From positions 1 to 52,801 of the forward strand of contig JAAFHM010000001.1 of NCBI GenBank assembly GCA_013298375.1: DNA of 52,801 nt. The letters run 5' to 3'. The notes under the pieces are model-generated. The model was not told the DNA's origin. It saw nothing but the letters and a program-made list of their open reading frames with translations, and searched no databases. This document shows positions 10,718 to 20,038 of this stretch, piece after piece (position 1 is the first letter of the stretch; each line of letters starts with the position of its first letter). The translations under genes were made by a program, and so were the position numbers. The stretch comes from Ignavibacteria bacterium. GTDB taxonomy: Bacteria > Bacteroidota > Ignavibacteria > Kapaibacteriales > UBA4661.

Positions 10718-12208
10718 ATGAGCCAACCAACTATCACCACCTTCGGCGAACTCAAACGCTCCGGCTATGTTTCGCGTTCTATCAAAGAAGAACTCCGCAA
10801 TAATCTTCTTCGTCTCATGCGCTCCGGCAAGCCCGTTTTTAATGGCATTCTGGGCTATGAGGACACCGTTATTCCCGACGTAGAGCGGGCAATTCTCTCC
10901 AAACACAACATGATTTTGCTGGGCTTGCGAGGGCAGGCAAAAACCCGCATGGCGCGGCAAATGGTGGATTTGCTGGATGAATGGATACCCGTTGTCGAAG
11001 GCTCCGAAATGTACGACGACCCATTTTTCCCGCTTTCCCGCTTTGCCCGCGACCTTGTGCAAGAGCATGGCGACAAAACGCCCATCGCATGGGTTCACCG
11101 TTCGGAGCGCTACACCGAAAAATTGGCAACGCCCGATGTTTCTATTGCCGACCTCATCGGTGATGCCGACCCGATAAAAGCGGCAACACTCAAACTACCG
11201 TATTCCGATGAGCGTGTGATTCACTTTGGCTTGATTCCGCGCTCGCATCGTAGTATTTTTGTTATCAATGAGTTGCCGGATTTACAGGCGCGTATTCAAG
11301 TAGCGCTGTTTAATATTTTGCAAGAAGGTGATATTCAAATTCGTGGTTTCAAATTGCGTCTGCCCTTAGATATTCAATTTGTCTTTACGGCGAATCCGGA
11401 AGATTACACAAATCGCGGTTCGATTGTAACACCACTCAAAGACCGCATTGATAGCCAGATTTTGACGCATTATCCGAAAACATTGGAAATTGCCCAAGAA
11501 ATCACGCAGCAAGAGGCGACATTGCCTGACGAGCAGAAAAATACCATCACCGCACACCCGCTTGCTTACACGCTCATTGAGCAAATCGCCTTTGAAGCGC
11601 GTGGCAGCGAGTATGTTGACCCGAAAAGCGGCGTGTCGGCACGTCTGACGATTTCTGCATACGAAAATCTCCACAGTGCCGCCGAGCGTCGCGCTATCGT
11701 CACAGGCGACGACAAGACCGCTGTGCGAGTAGGCGATTTCTGGGGCGTGGTTCCGTCTATCACCGGAAAAGTGGAATTGGTCTATGAAGGCGAGCAGGAA
11801 GGTCCTTTCAAAGTGGCGCAAATCCTGATTGGAAAGGCTATTCGTACCCAATTCACGCAGTTTTTCCCCGACCCCGAAACCTTCAAGCGCAGCGCGAATG
11901 ACAGTCCGTATCTCAAAATTACGGAGTGGTTCCGCAAAGGAAACTCGCTGGATATTTTGAGTAGTTTGGGCAATACCGCCTACGAACAAGCGCTGTACAG
12001 CGTTCCGGGGCTTTTCGACCTCGTGAAAAAGCATCACCCGAAGGCTTCCACGCAAGACCAAATTTTCCTGATGGAATTTGCACTGCACGGTATGGCGGAG
12101 TATTCGCTTCTCAGCAAATACCAGCTAGAGCGAGGCGGAACAGGCTTCAAAGACCTTTTTCAAAGTATGTTTTCGATGAAACCGGGTAAGGATGAGGAAG
12201 AGTATTAA
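10718..12208 (+). CDS. ChlI/BchI-like AAA+ ATPase (often annotated 'magnesium chelatase' or 'sigma-54-interacting'), function unknown
   Basis: GILGYEDTVIPDVERAIL...MILLGLRGQAKT is a Walker A-like GxxGxxKT. FVINELPDL is a Walker B with N in place of D. GVSARL is a candidate arginine finger. The ATG at 10718 lies 7 nt after the DUF1697 stop. Confidence 0.7.
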   Translation: MSQPTITTFGELKRSGYVSRSIKEELRNNLLRLMRSGKPVFNGILGYEDTVIPDVERAILSKHNMILLGLRGQAKTRMARQMVDLLDEWIPVVEGSEMYDDPFFPLSRFARDLVQEHGDKTPIAWVHRSERYTEKLATPDVSIADLIGDADPIKAATLKLPYSDERVIHFGLIPRSHRSIFVINELPDLQARIQVALFNILQEGDIQIRGFKLRLPLDIQFVFTANPEDYTNRGSIVTPLKDRIDSQILTHYPKTLEIAQEITQQEATLPDEQKNTITAHPLAYTLIEQIAFEARGSEYVDPKSGVSARLTISAYENLHSAAERRAIVTGDDKTAVRVGDFWGVVPSITGKVELVYEGEQEGPFKVAQILIGKAIRTQFTQFFPDPETFKRSANDSPYLKITEWFRKGNSLDILSSLGNTAYEQALYSVPGLFDLVKKHHPKASTQDQIFLMEFALHGMAEYSLLSKYQLERGGTGFKDLFQSMFSMKPGKDEEEY

Positions 12209-12241
12209 CCGATTTTTCTCCGTTTATTTTCTGAAATCATT

Positions 12242-12487
12242 ATGCAAACGCTCACAAAAACTCGCACAATCAAAAAAAGCCCCAAAAGTCGCGGCTCGGA
12301 CAATAACGAAAGCACAACGACCGAAGCAAAAAAATACTCCATAGGAGAAACTGAAATCGTTATTACGCCCGGCTCTTTTGCAGATGTGAACCGCCATCTT
12401 CTTGGCTCCGTGAAATCCGGGGTACCCGATTTGGCAACGAATACGGAGTATATGAGCGATTTTGGTATCTCACATAAACATCCATGA
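12242..12487 (+). CDS. Putative antitoxin partner of the PIN toxin
   Basis: This is an 81-aa ORF whose stop overlaps the PIN gene start by 4 nt (ATGA), the usual type II TA geometry. The N-terminal half is basic and low-complexity. I recognise no family. Confidence 0.5.
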   Translation: MQTLTKTRTIKKSPKSRGSDNNESTTTEAKKYSIGETEIVITPGSFADVNRHLLGSVKSGVPDLATNTEYMSDFGISHKHP

Positions 12488-12909
12488 GATATATCACCGA
12501 TTCAGGATTTTTGATTGCACTTTTGGATAAAAGTGAGCAACACCATCCTTGGGCTGTTGGTGTTGCCGGCAAGATGAAGCCTCCGTTTTACACATGTGAG
12601 GCTGTGCTTACCGAAACGAGCCATCTCTTGAGAAAATCTGTTGGCTTGCAAGGCGTTCAATATCTCTTTGAATTTATTCGCAATGGAACGATTCATCTTG
12701 ATTTTGATGCCGCTTTGCACATAGACCGCATTATGGAACTCATGCAGAAATACCACGATATTCCTATGGATTTTGCCGATGCGTGTTTGGTTGTTATGAC
12801 TGAGCAGGAACGCTATTCTGCTTGCGAGGTTTTGACGATTGATAGCGATTTTCGTGCTTATCGCCGGCATAGTCGGCAGATAATTCCAGCCCAACTACCG
12901 TCAAAATAA
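12484..12909 (+). CDS. vapC: PIN-domain ribonuclease toxin (VapC-like)
   Basis: The size is 141 aa. The conserved acidic residues are in the expected order: ITDSG (D6), CEAVLTE, MDFADAC and TIDSDF. Confidence 0.8.
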   Translation: MRYITDSGFLIALLDKSEQHHPWAVGVAGKMKPPFYTCEAVLTETSHLLRKSVGLQGVQYLFEFIRNGTIHLDFDAALHIDRIMELMQKYHDIPMDFADACLVVMTEQERYSACEVLTIDSDFRAYRRHSRQIIPAQLPSK

Positions 12910-12940
12910 TTCTTCTAAAAACCTGTTGTTCAACTCATTC

Positions 12941-14116
12941 ATGCAACTCAGAGACAACATCCCCATCTGGGGCGACCCGATTGACGAAGGCGCACTCAAG
13001 CAAATCCGCGTCTGCGCCCAGACAGCCGACAAAACGGCGATGATGGGCGACCATCACCAAGGCTATGCCGTGCCAATTGGCGGCGTGGTGGCGTACAAAG
13101 GGCGTATCAGTCCTTCGGGTGTGGGCTACGACATTGCCTGTGGCAATAAAGCCATTCTCACCGATGCCGATGCAAACGAGGTACGGAGCAGCATTGCGAC
13201 GATTATGGATGATGTTTGGAAAAACGTCAGTTTCGGTATGGGGCGCAAAAATGCTACGAAGGTTGATCACGCGCTCTTCGATGACGAAGCCTGGAAACTC
13301 CGCCCCGCCAACGGCATCAAGGACAAAGCCCGTAACCAACTCGGCACGGTCGGAAGCGGTAATCACTACGTGGATATTTTCTCTGACGAGCAAGACCGCA
13401 TTTGGGTTGGGGTGCATTTTGGTTCGCGTGGGCTTGGACACACGATTGCAACGTACTATCTGAAGCAAGGCGGCGCAAAAGACGCGATAGACGCAGAGCC
13501 GCTTGTGATTGAGGAATCATCAGCGTTGGGTGCAGACTATCTCGAATCTATGCGCCTAGCGGGGCTGTATGCGTATGCCGGGCGCGACTGGGTTTGCGCA
13601 GAAGTGGCGCGAATACTGGGCGCGAACATTCTGGACGAAGTTCACAATCACCACAATTTTGCGTGGAAAGAGCAGCACGACGGGGAAGATTACTGGGTCG
13701 TCCGCAAGGGCGCTACGCCTGCTTTTCCGGGGCAACGCGGCTTTGTGGGCGGCTCGATGGGTGATATATCGGTTATTTTGGAAGGTGTCGAATCGGAAGA
13801 ATCTCAAACAGCGCTTTATTCCACAATTCACGGCGCAGGGCGCGTGATGAGCCGCACGAAAGCTCGCGGGAAGCTGAATTATCACACCAAAAAAATTATT
13901 TCTCCGGGACTTATTAGCCGCGAGATGATGAGCGAATGGGTTTCAGGAAAGGGTGTGGAACTGCGCGGCGCAGGCGTGGACGAATCGCCGCACTGCTACA
14001 AGCGTTTGCCGGAAGTGCTGGCGCATCATGCAGGAACGGTGCGGGTTCTGCACACGCTCACGCCGCTTGGTGTGGCAATGGCTGGCGAGGATGAGATTGA
14101 CCCGTATAAGGACTAA
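12941..14116 (+). CDS. rtcB: RNA 3'-phosphate/5'-OH ligase RtcB
   Basis: RtcB motifs present are GDHHQGYAVPIGGV, GYDIACGN, GSGNHYVDIF, HNHHNFAW, RKGATPAFPGQRGFVGGSMGD and IHGAGRVMSR. Confidence 0.92.
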   Translation: MQLRDNIPIWGDPIDEGALKQIRVCAQTADKTAMMGDHHQGYAVPIGGVVAYKGRISPSGVGYDIACGNKAILTDADANEVRSSIATIMDDVWKNVSFGMGRKNATKVDHALFDDEAWKLRPANGIKDKARNQLGTVGSGNHYVDIFSDEQDRIWVGVHFGSRGLGHTIATYYLKQGGAKDAIDAEPLVIEESSALGADYLESMRLAGLYAYAGRDWVCAEVARILGANILDEVHNHHNFAWKEQHDGEDYWVVRKGATPAFPGQRGFVGGSMGDISVILEGVESEESQTALYSTIHGAGRVMSRTKARGKLNYHTKKIISPGLISREMMSEWVSGKGVELRGAGVDESPHCYKRLPEVLAHHAGTVRVLHTLTPLGVAMAGEDEIDPYKD

Positions 14117-14180
14117 GGATAAATTATCAACAGAAAGTTGTTATTTGCTAATCAACTGAAATTACATACGTTAGGATACT

Positions 14181-17100
14181 ATGCGACACCTATACACTCT
14201 TGTTTTATGCGCTGTGCAGACGATTTCTCTTCTTGCGCAAACGTCCACATCGCCCCTTCAGTGCGGCTGCGGAACAAATGCCACAATAAGCACTACGGAA
14301 GCTAATTTACGACGTGGTATTCCTGCCTACATTGTTCTGCGTGGGCAACGTTTTGGAGGTGTATTCGGAGAGCCTGTTGGAGCGGGGAGTGGTGCGATTC
14401 GAGGCGGATATGATATACCACTTTTCCCCAACAATGTTGGTTCTACGCTTTTCGGTGGTGGTATCAGCGTCAATACCGCTAACCGCTATGGTGCTTTTAT
14501 TGGTCCATTCAAGGCTGGATTGCCAACAAATGCAACGATTATTGCGGAAATTGTAGATGTTTTTGGAAATGTTGTTACGAGTGAATCCGGCTCGCTTGCT
14601 GTGCTGAACTTAGGTTCGACGAATTTAAGACCAAATACTTTTGAAACGCGCCCTGTGTACTATCCCGGCGGTCAGGTGCAGTATCGCTATTTGCCTAATG
14701 TGCAAGCGATTAACCCGCAGGCTTTACAAGCAAGGTCTCGAAATGGTCGTTTTGAATGGGAAGGCGTGAATATTGGTGGAATTGCTGGTACCACGCTAGC
14801 GCTTACAGTAAGTCATACCAATTTGCCAATGTGTGGCTGTCCTGTACAAATTGCTTTACAAGGCGGCTATGCGGACAACTGCGCGTTTGCAACTCAGAAT
14901 ATCAACCTCAGCACAACTAATACAATTTACCCCAACGCTCAAGGTCCTTTTGCTGTTCCGGGCAGTGTTGGCGGCAGGATGTCTCCGTCGAGAAGGCTCG
15001 TGGAGGCTTACAGTGGTTCTACTCCGCAGATTATTATTGGAGAAACTGTTTCTTTTTCGTACTCGGAGCCAGGCTATAATAGTATAGCTGTCATTCTTCG
15101 GGATCGTTTTGGTAATCTCGCATCGTTTGGAACAACGGCGACAGTGAGCATTGGCGTTGATAGAAGTAAATCAACTGTCGTGGGAGATATTGCCGTATCG
15201 AAGGTAACATGGGGTTTCGACGCTGGTTCGTCCGGTTCAATACGGGCAGATTTCTCGCCCGTCAACAGCCCTCAAATTATGAGTCATACCGCAACATTTC
15301 CACATTTTAAGATCACTGGTGCGACAGCAAATAACGTTAGTCTGATGGTCAACATAAACCCAGATCCAACATTGGAAGCATTACGAATAGGTGTTGAGAA
15401 TTTGGGTACGTTTGCAACTGTGAATGTTTCGCCGGGGCGGGCGGTAGCTATCGCACCAGTCCTTACACCGAACCTTTATAACGGAAATCTTCTAAGCCGC
15501 ATCCAATCTCGTTTCTTCATTGGAAGAAGTAATAAAGAAGATCCGCGCACATGGTTTTATCTTCAGGCATTGGATGAATATGGAAATCGTGTTGACGGTG
15601 GTCCTAATGCCTATAATGATGGCATAGCCACGATTACCTTTACCCCGCCCGAAAACGGTTTACCCCGTGCGGAGGGTTTAGCCGCAAGTTTATTCTACAC
15701 ACCCAATGGGTTTCGTTTTTCATCCACCAATGATCCCTTTGTCAAGGTTAATGCCCAACGCTATTCAGCACAAGGAACAAGTGCTGTGGCTGTGAATGGG
15801 CTGTACACATTCAACGATTTTATACCACTTAGCCCGGCAAGCCTCAGCCCGTTTGGTAATGATGTTGTTCTCACTTTTGAAGACCCTAATCTACCCGGAT
15901 TTATACCTTGTACGAGTTGTGGCAGCGCGGGAAGCCCATTGCACCCGCCCATTACGACGGCTACAACGACATTTTTCCCTGTTCCATTGGTAAGTCTTGC
16001 TATTCCTCGCATTGGTGAGGAAGGTGAACCAAAAAATGGCGCACAGCGCGTCGGCAATAATATCCTGCTTTTGCGAGAGGGCAACGTCGGTTATTTTGCC
16101 TCTAACCGAAATCTTCAAACGGGATCTGTGCGCGTAGAGCGTCCAATTCTAAGCGCAGGGTTCAATAGAGATATAACTGTTCCATACACGCTTCGCTATG
16201 TTAATGTGGATTCGACGCTTCGCGTTATCCCCGATACTACGCGATTTGTAACAACACCCCGTAGTGTTGATTTACCGAACATTGGTACAGCAACCGCCTT
16301 GCAGCTACCCGCACCGATAAACGTTCCGCCTCCTTATACATCGGTTGTATTCTACGCACCGCTTCCCGCCCCAAGACCTTTTCAAATTAACGCATTGCAG
16401 GGAGATTTATTTCCAACAACGAAGCTGATAAATCGCCCAGAGGCATCGGTTGTTTCCGTTACCAATCAGAATAGTGGAACGTTTTTTTTAGATGAAGGCT
16501 TTTCCTCTCAACTTGTCCAATTTACCGCCCGTTGGAGTGACCAAATATGGCATCGGACACCAGCACGACAAGGCTTGCGGGCAGTGGTAATAAAGATTTT
16601 AGATCAAAGTCCTATAAATGCCACCATCTTTGATATAGATAAAACATCTGGCAGAGATTCTGCGATTGTGTACTTATTAGACCCTCCCGACATTTCCCCT
16701 GTAATTACAAATGCCATTCAAGACAAGGTATTACTGCGCCCTACAGGCTCAATACCAACCGAAGATCGAATTGAACTTGAATTTCCATCAGCCCGTTCGG
16801 ATGGAAGTGCGCCAAGTTTTGTATTTTACGATGACAACTATGATCCAATGACATATACAGCGACGAGTGGAGATTCCACACAAGTAAGAGCCAGTGTCAT
16901 CAATTCTGACCCAACTATTAACGGTCGCCCATCGCTGAGATACGCCGCAATGCCTGGTGCGACGGCTGATAGGGTAACGATTACTGTTCGAGCATTTGAT
17001 GGGACAACTATTTCTGGTATGCCTCGCATTGCAGTTGACCAATTTGATGTATTTCTGCGAAGCTCAGTTACAAGCGTCGGGAATCGCCAAGAGGTTGGAT

Positions 17101-17357
17101 TCTCTGTTGCTCCAAATCCTGTCGGGGTAAGCAGTGAAGAGGCTTCCGTGCGTTTTTCACTCCGTGAGGCTGCTAATGTAAAAATAGACGTGTTTTCCGT
17201 TCATGGAGCGCAAATAGCAAGTATTGATGCGGGTGTTCTGCCATCTGGTGAGCAAAATATATCGTTGCCTGTTTCGCAGTTGCCCTCCGGCGTATATGGA
17301 GTGCGGCTTGTAATTGGCAGCACCATCCGTACAACAACGATGACGGTAGTGCGATAA
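14181..17357 (+). CDS. Large (1058 aa) secreted protein of unknown function with T9SS C-terminal sorting domain
   Basis: A signal peptide (MRHLYTLVLCAVQTISLLAQ) is present. The body is rich in G/S/T/N/P and looks like beta-sandwich repeats. The C-terminus VAPNPVGVSSEEASVRFSL...LPSGVYGVRLV...MTVVR is a T9SS CTD. I recognise no catalytic motif. Confidence 0.75.
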   Translation: MRHLYTLVLCAVQTISLLAQTSTSPLQCGCGTNATISTTEANLRRGIPAYIVLRGQRFGGVFGEPVGAGSGAIRGGYDIPLFPNNVGSTLFGGGISVNTANRYGAFIGPFKAGLPTNATIIAEIVDVFGNVVTSESGSLAVLNLGSTNLRPNTFETRPVYYPGGQVQYRYLPNVQAINPQALQARSRNGRFEWEGVNIGGIAGTTLALTVSHTNLPMCGCPVQIALQGGYADNCAFATQNINLSTTNTIYPNAQGPFAVPGSVGGRMSPSRRLVEAYSGSTPQIIIGETVSFSYSEPGYNSIAVILRDRFGNLASFGTTATVSIGVDRSKSTVVGDIAVSKVTWGFDAGSSGSIRADFSPVNSPQIMSHTATFPHFKITGATANNVSLMVNINPDPTLEALRIGVENLGTFATVNVSPGRAVAIAPVLTPNLYNGNLLSRIQSRFFIGRSNKEDPRTWFYLQALDEYGNRVDGGPNAYNDGIATITFTPPENGLPRAEGLAASLFYTPNGFRFSSTNDPFVKVNAQRYSAQGTSAVAVNGLYTFNDFIPLSPASLSPFGNDVVLTFEDPNLPGFIPCTSCGSAGSPLHPPITTATTTFFPVPLVSLAIPRIGEEGEPKNGAQRVGNNILLLREGNVGYFASNRNLQTGSVRVERPILSAGFNRDITVPYTLRYVNVDSTLRVIPDTTRFVTTPRSVDLPNIGTATALQLPAPINVPPPYTSVVFYAPLPAPRPFQINALQGDLFPTTKLINRPEASVVSVTNQNSGTFFLDEGFSSQLVQFTARWSDQIWHRTPARQGLRAVVIKILDQSPINATIFDIDKTSGRDSAIVYLLDPPDISPVITNAIQDKVLLRPTGSIPTEDRIELEFPSARSDGSAPSFVFYDDNYDPMTYTATSGDSTQVRASVINSDPTINGRPSLRYAAMPGATADRVTITVRAFDGTTISGMPRIAVDQFDVFLRSSVTSVGNRQEVGFSVAPNPVGVSSEEASVRFSLREAANVKIDVFSVHGAQIASIDAGVLPSGEQNISLPVSQLPSGVYGVRLVIGSTIRTTTMTVVR

Positions 17358-17420
17358 ACAAGCGCTATTCTTCGGTTACAAACTCATTTATGGTTTGAAA
17401 TCATTGTATTACAACATTTT

Positions 17421-18449
17421 ATGAATACTCCCCCACAAACACAACCCCAAAAACGCCCCATCATCTTCAGCGCCATGCAGCCTACAAGCGGCTCCGGAGG
17501 CGGCTTGACCATCGGTAATTACATCGGTGCGCTCAAAAATTGGGTGGAATTGCAGAAAGACTACGATTGCGTTTATGGCGTTGTGGATCTGCACGCGCTG
17601 ACCATTCACCCCGAACCTGCGGCATTGCGCAAACAGACGCTTGATGTAGCGGCGATGTATATTGCAAGCGGCATTGACCCCGAAAAAAGCCTCGTTTTTT
17701 TGCAATCGCACGTTCCGGCACACGCCCAATGCGCATGGCTGCTGAATTGTTTCGCTTCGATGGGCGAATGTCAGAAAATGACGCAGTTCAAGGAGAAATC
17801 GGAAAAACACAGCGCACGAGTTGGCTTATTCACCTATCCTGTGCTGCAAGCGGCGGATATTCTGCTTTATCAGGCAAATCTTGTCCCCGTTGGTGAAGAC
17901 CAAAAGCAGCATTTGGAGCTTTCGCGCAATCTTGCCGAGCGCTTCAATCATCATTATTCCGAAACGTTCACCGTCCCGGAGGTCTTTATTCCGAAGGTCG
18001 GCGCACGAGTAATGAGCCTGCAAGACCCCACGAAAAAAATGTCGAAATCCGACGAAAACCCGAAAGCGACGATCTTTCTGACCGACAGCGCCGATGAAAT
18101 TCGCAACAAAATCAAACGTGCCGTAACCGATTCCGGCTCGGAGATTCGCTCCGGCGACGACCGCCCCGCACTGACAAACCTCCTCGAACTCTACGGCGTT
18201 GCCACGGGAACAAGCGTAGAAGCCGCGGAGCAGCATTTTCTTGGTAAAGGCTATGCAGAGTTCAAAGCGGAGCTTGCCGACGCAATGGTGGCAATGGTGG
18301 AACCAATTACAAAACGCTTTCACGCAATTCGCAACGACAAAGCCGCATTGAACGCCATCTTGAAAAAAGGGGCGGAAGAAGCAAACCGCCGCGCCATGCG
18401 GACATTGCGCAAAGCGTACAAAAAAATGGGCTTGGTCGAACTTGAATAA
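17421..18449 (+). CDS. trpS: Tryptophan--tRNA ligase
   Basis: Class I aaRS signatures are present: TIGNYIGAL in the HIGH region, and KMSKS. The length of 342 aa is typical of bacterial TrpRS. Confidence 0.93.
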   Translation: MNTPPQTQPQKRPIIFSAMQPTSGSGGGLTIGNYIGALKNWVELQKDYDCVYGVVDLHALTIHPEPAALRKQTLDVAAMYIASGIDPEKSLVFLQSHVPAHAQCAWLLNCFASMGECQKMTQFKEKSEKHSARVGLFTYPVLQAADILLYQANLVPVGEDQKQHLELSRNLAERFNHHYSETFTVPEVFIPKVGARVMSLQDPTKKMSKSDENPKATIFLTDSADEIRNKIKRAVTDSGSEIRSGDDRPALTNLLELYGVATGTSVEAAEQHFLGKGYAEFKAELADAMVAMVEPITKRFHAIRNDKAALNAILKKGAEEANRRAMRTLRKAYKKMGLVELE

Positions 18450-18477
18450 ACGAATCGTAGCTTTTCAGGTATTCTCT

Positions 18478-18592
18478 CCACGAATCACACGAATCACACG
18501 AATTGGCACGAATCATCAAAATTCGGCTTCATTGGTTATGGTCAAGATTATAGCAAAACATCTTGATTCGTGAGGATTCGTGCAATTCGTGG
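18478..18592. repeat. Array of seven CACGAAT heptamers: four direct copies, then three inverted copies
   Basis: CACGAAT occurs at 18479, 18488, 18497 and 18507 (spacing 9, 9, 10). ATTCGTG occurs at 18566, 18576 and 18585 (spacing 10, 9). Positions 18497-18515 can pair with about 18574-18591 with one bulge. The array lies in the trpS-fmt intergenic region. Confidence 0.8.
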
Positions 18593-18647
18593 ATGGTTTT
18601 GCTCTACCCGAATAGTTACAATGAGATTTGAACAACGGAGATTCGCT

Positions 18648-19580
18648 ATGAACATCATTTTTATGGGAACGCCTGATTTCGCCGTCGCTTCGCTGCGGGC
18701 GATTCATGAAAAATTCCCCGTCCGAGCCGTCGTTACTGTACCGGACAAGCCGAAAGGACGCGGGCTGGAGGTGCATCCTTCGGCAGTAAAAAAAGCAGCC
18801 ATGGAACTCGGCATCACCACTATCTTGCAGCCTGAATCTCTCAAAGAGCTGACATTTCAGGAGGAATTGCGGGAGCTGCAGCCGGATATTATCGCCGTTG
18901 TCGCATTTCGTATTTTGCCCCGCGAAGTCTATACGGCGGCGAGACTAGGCGCATTCAACATTCACGGAAGTTTGCTGCCGAAATATCGCGGTGCTGCGCC
19001 CATTAACTGGGCAATTATGAACGGGGAAACTGAATCCGGCGTTACATCATTTTTGCTGGCTGACAGCGTTGATACCGGAGCTATGCTTGGAAGACGCACT
19101 ATTCCTATCCCCGATGGCATGACCGCCGGAGAACTCCACGACGCACTTATGCCGCGCGGTGCGGAACTTGCTCTGGAAACCTGTCAAATGCTTGCTTCGG
19201 GCAATACCCAACCGCTTCCTCAAAATGATGGCGAAGCGACAAAGGCACCGAAAATTTTCCGCGAGACCTGCCACATTGATTGGAACAAGTCTGCACGGGA
19301 TGTGCGGAATCAGATTCATGGATTGTCGCCCTATCCGGGCGCGTGGACGATGATGCCGGACGGGAAAACACTCAAGATTATGCGATGTAGTGTTATGGAA
19401 GGTGCGTTAGCACAGGGTTTAGCGGCAGGAGAGTATCAAGTTGTCGGCGGGGAATGGCTTGTAGGCTGTGCAAACGGCACAGTGATGCTTACCGAGATTC
19501 AGCCAGAGGGAAAGCGTGTGATGGCTACAAGTGATTTTTTACGCGGGTTTCGGGGCGAAAGCCATGGCGCTTTTGCCTAA
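18648..19580 (+). CDS. fmt: Methionyl-tRNA formyltransferase
   Basis: MNIIFMGTPDFAV, HGSLLPKYRGAAPINWAIMNGE and the C-terminal Fmt domain are present. I chose the ATG at 18648, preceded by ACGGAG. The upstream part of the ORF is just a translation of the heptamer repeats. Confidence 0.9.
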   Translation: MNIIFMGTPDFAVASLRAIHEKFPVRAVVTVPDKPKGRGLEVHPSAVKKAAMELGITTILQPESLKELTFQEELRELQPDIIAVVAFRILPREVYTAARLGAFNIHGSLLPKYRGAAPINWAIMNGETESGVTSFLLADSVDTGAMLGRRTIPIPDGMTAGELHDALMPRGAELALETCQMLASGNTQPLPQNDGEATKAPKIFRETCHIDWNKSARDVRNQIHGLSPYPGAWTMMPDGKTLKIMRCSVMEGALAQGLAAGEYQVVGGEWLVGCANGTVMLTEIQPEGKRVMATSDFLRGFRGESHGAFA

Positions 19581-19643
19581 TAATTGGGACGTGGAGGGAA
19601 GTGAGAATGAGATGAACCGAAAAAAGCCTGATGATGCTAGATA

Positions 19644-19934
19644 TTACGCCTCTTCACCCGGAACATAGAGTTTTGATAAGGAATTACTTTGCGAAATCGT
19701 GTCGAGAGCCGCCTGCCCAAGAAATTCTGTAAAAATATTATTCTCATGTACATAATCGTTGAGTAAATCCGACAACGCGCTCGCGAAAAAGCGATAGTCA
19801 TCGTGACTCACAAACGGGCGAAATGCCTCGAAATCAATATTTTGACGTGCTTCCGCCGGTAAGTTATCATACAATGCCTGACGGATGTAGGTCTCGGACA
19901 CGTTCAAAACGGGATAGGTCGTCATTGCTGCCAT
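19644..19934 (-). CDS. Hypothetical acidic 96-aa protein
   Basis: An isolated ORF convergent with fmt. I recognise no family. Called only from ORF length and intergenic placement. Confidence 0.4.
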   Translation of the reverse strand: MAAMTTYPVLNVSETYIRQALYDNLPAEARQNIDFEAFRPFVSHDDYRFFASALSDLLNDYVHENNIFTEFLGQAALDTISQSNSLSKLYVPGEEA

Positions 19935-20038
19935 AGCGGTTCATCAAATGGGTTAAGGACTGGTTGACTTCGGTGCAAAATGGCAAAAAAAATGGACAAT
20001 TCGGCAGAAATTTTGCGATTGTTTTTTGAGTCTATCTG

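Noticed and set aside
11366-12088. A 240-aa minus-strand ORF. Similar long antisense ORFs lie at 8400-9056, 46382-46987, 1718-2278, 12935-13468 and 4831-5367.
   Set aside because: Each lies wholly within a confidently identified gene on the other strand: the AAA+ ATPase, the S8 protease, the propeller kinase, murF, rtcB and lpxC/fabZ. Their translations are compositionally odd, so they are shadow ORFs.
18478-18592. The repeat array as a possible CRISPR.
   Set aside because: The units are 7 nt at a 9-10 nt period with no unique spacers of phage-like length. The orientation flips midway, and no cas genes are in the window.
18570-18647. An upstream extension of the fmt ORF (MRIRAIRGWF...).
   Set aside because: These codons are simply the ATTCGTG repeat array read in frame. 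The canonical Fmt N-terminus MNIIFMGTPDFAV starts at 18648 with a purine-rich RBS.
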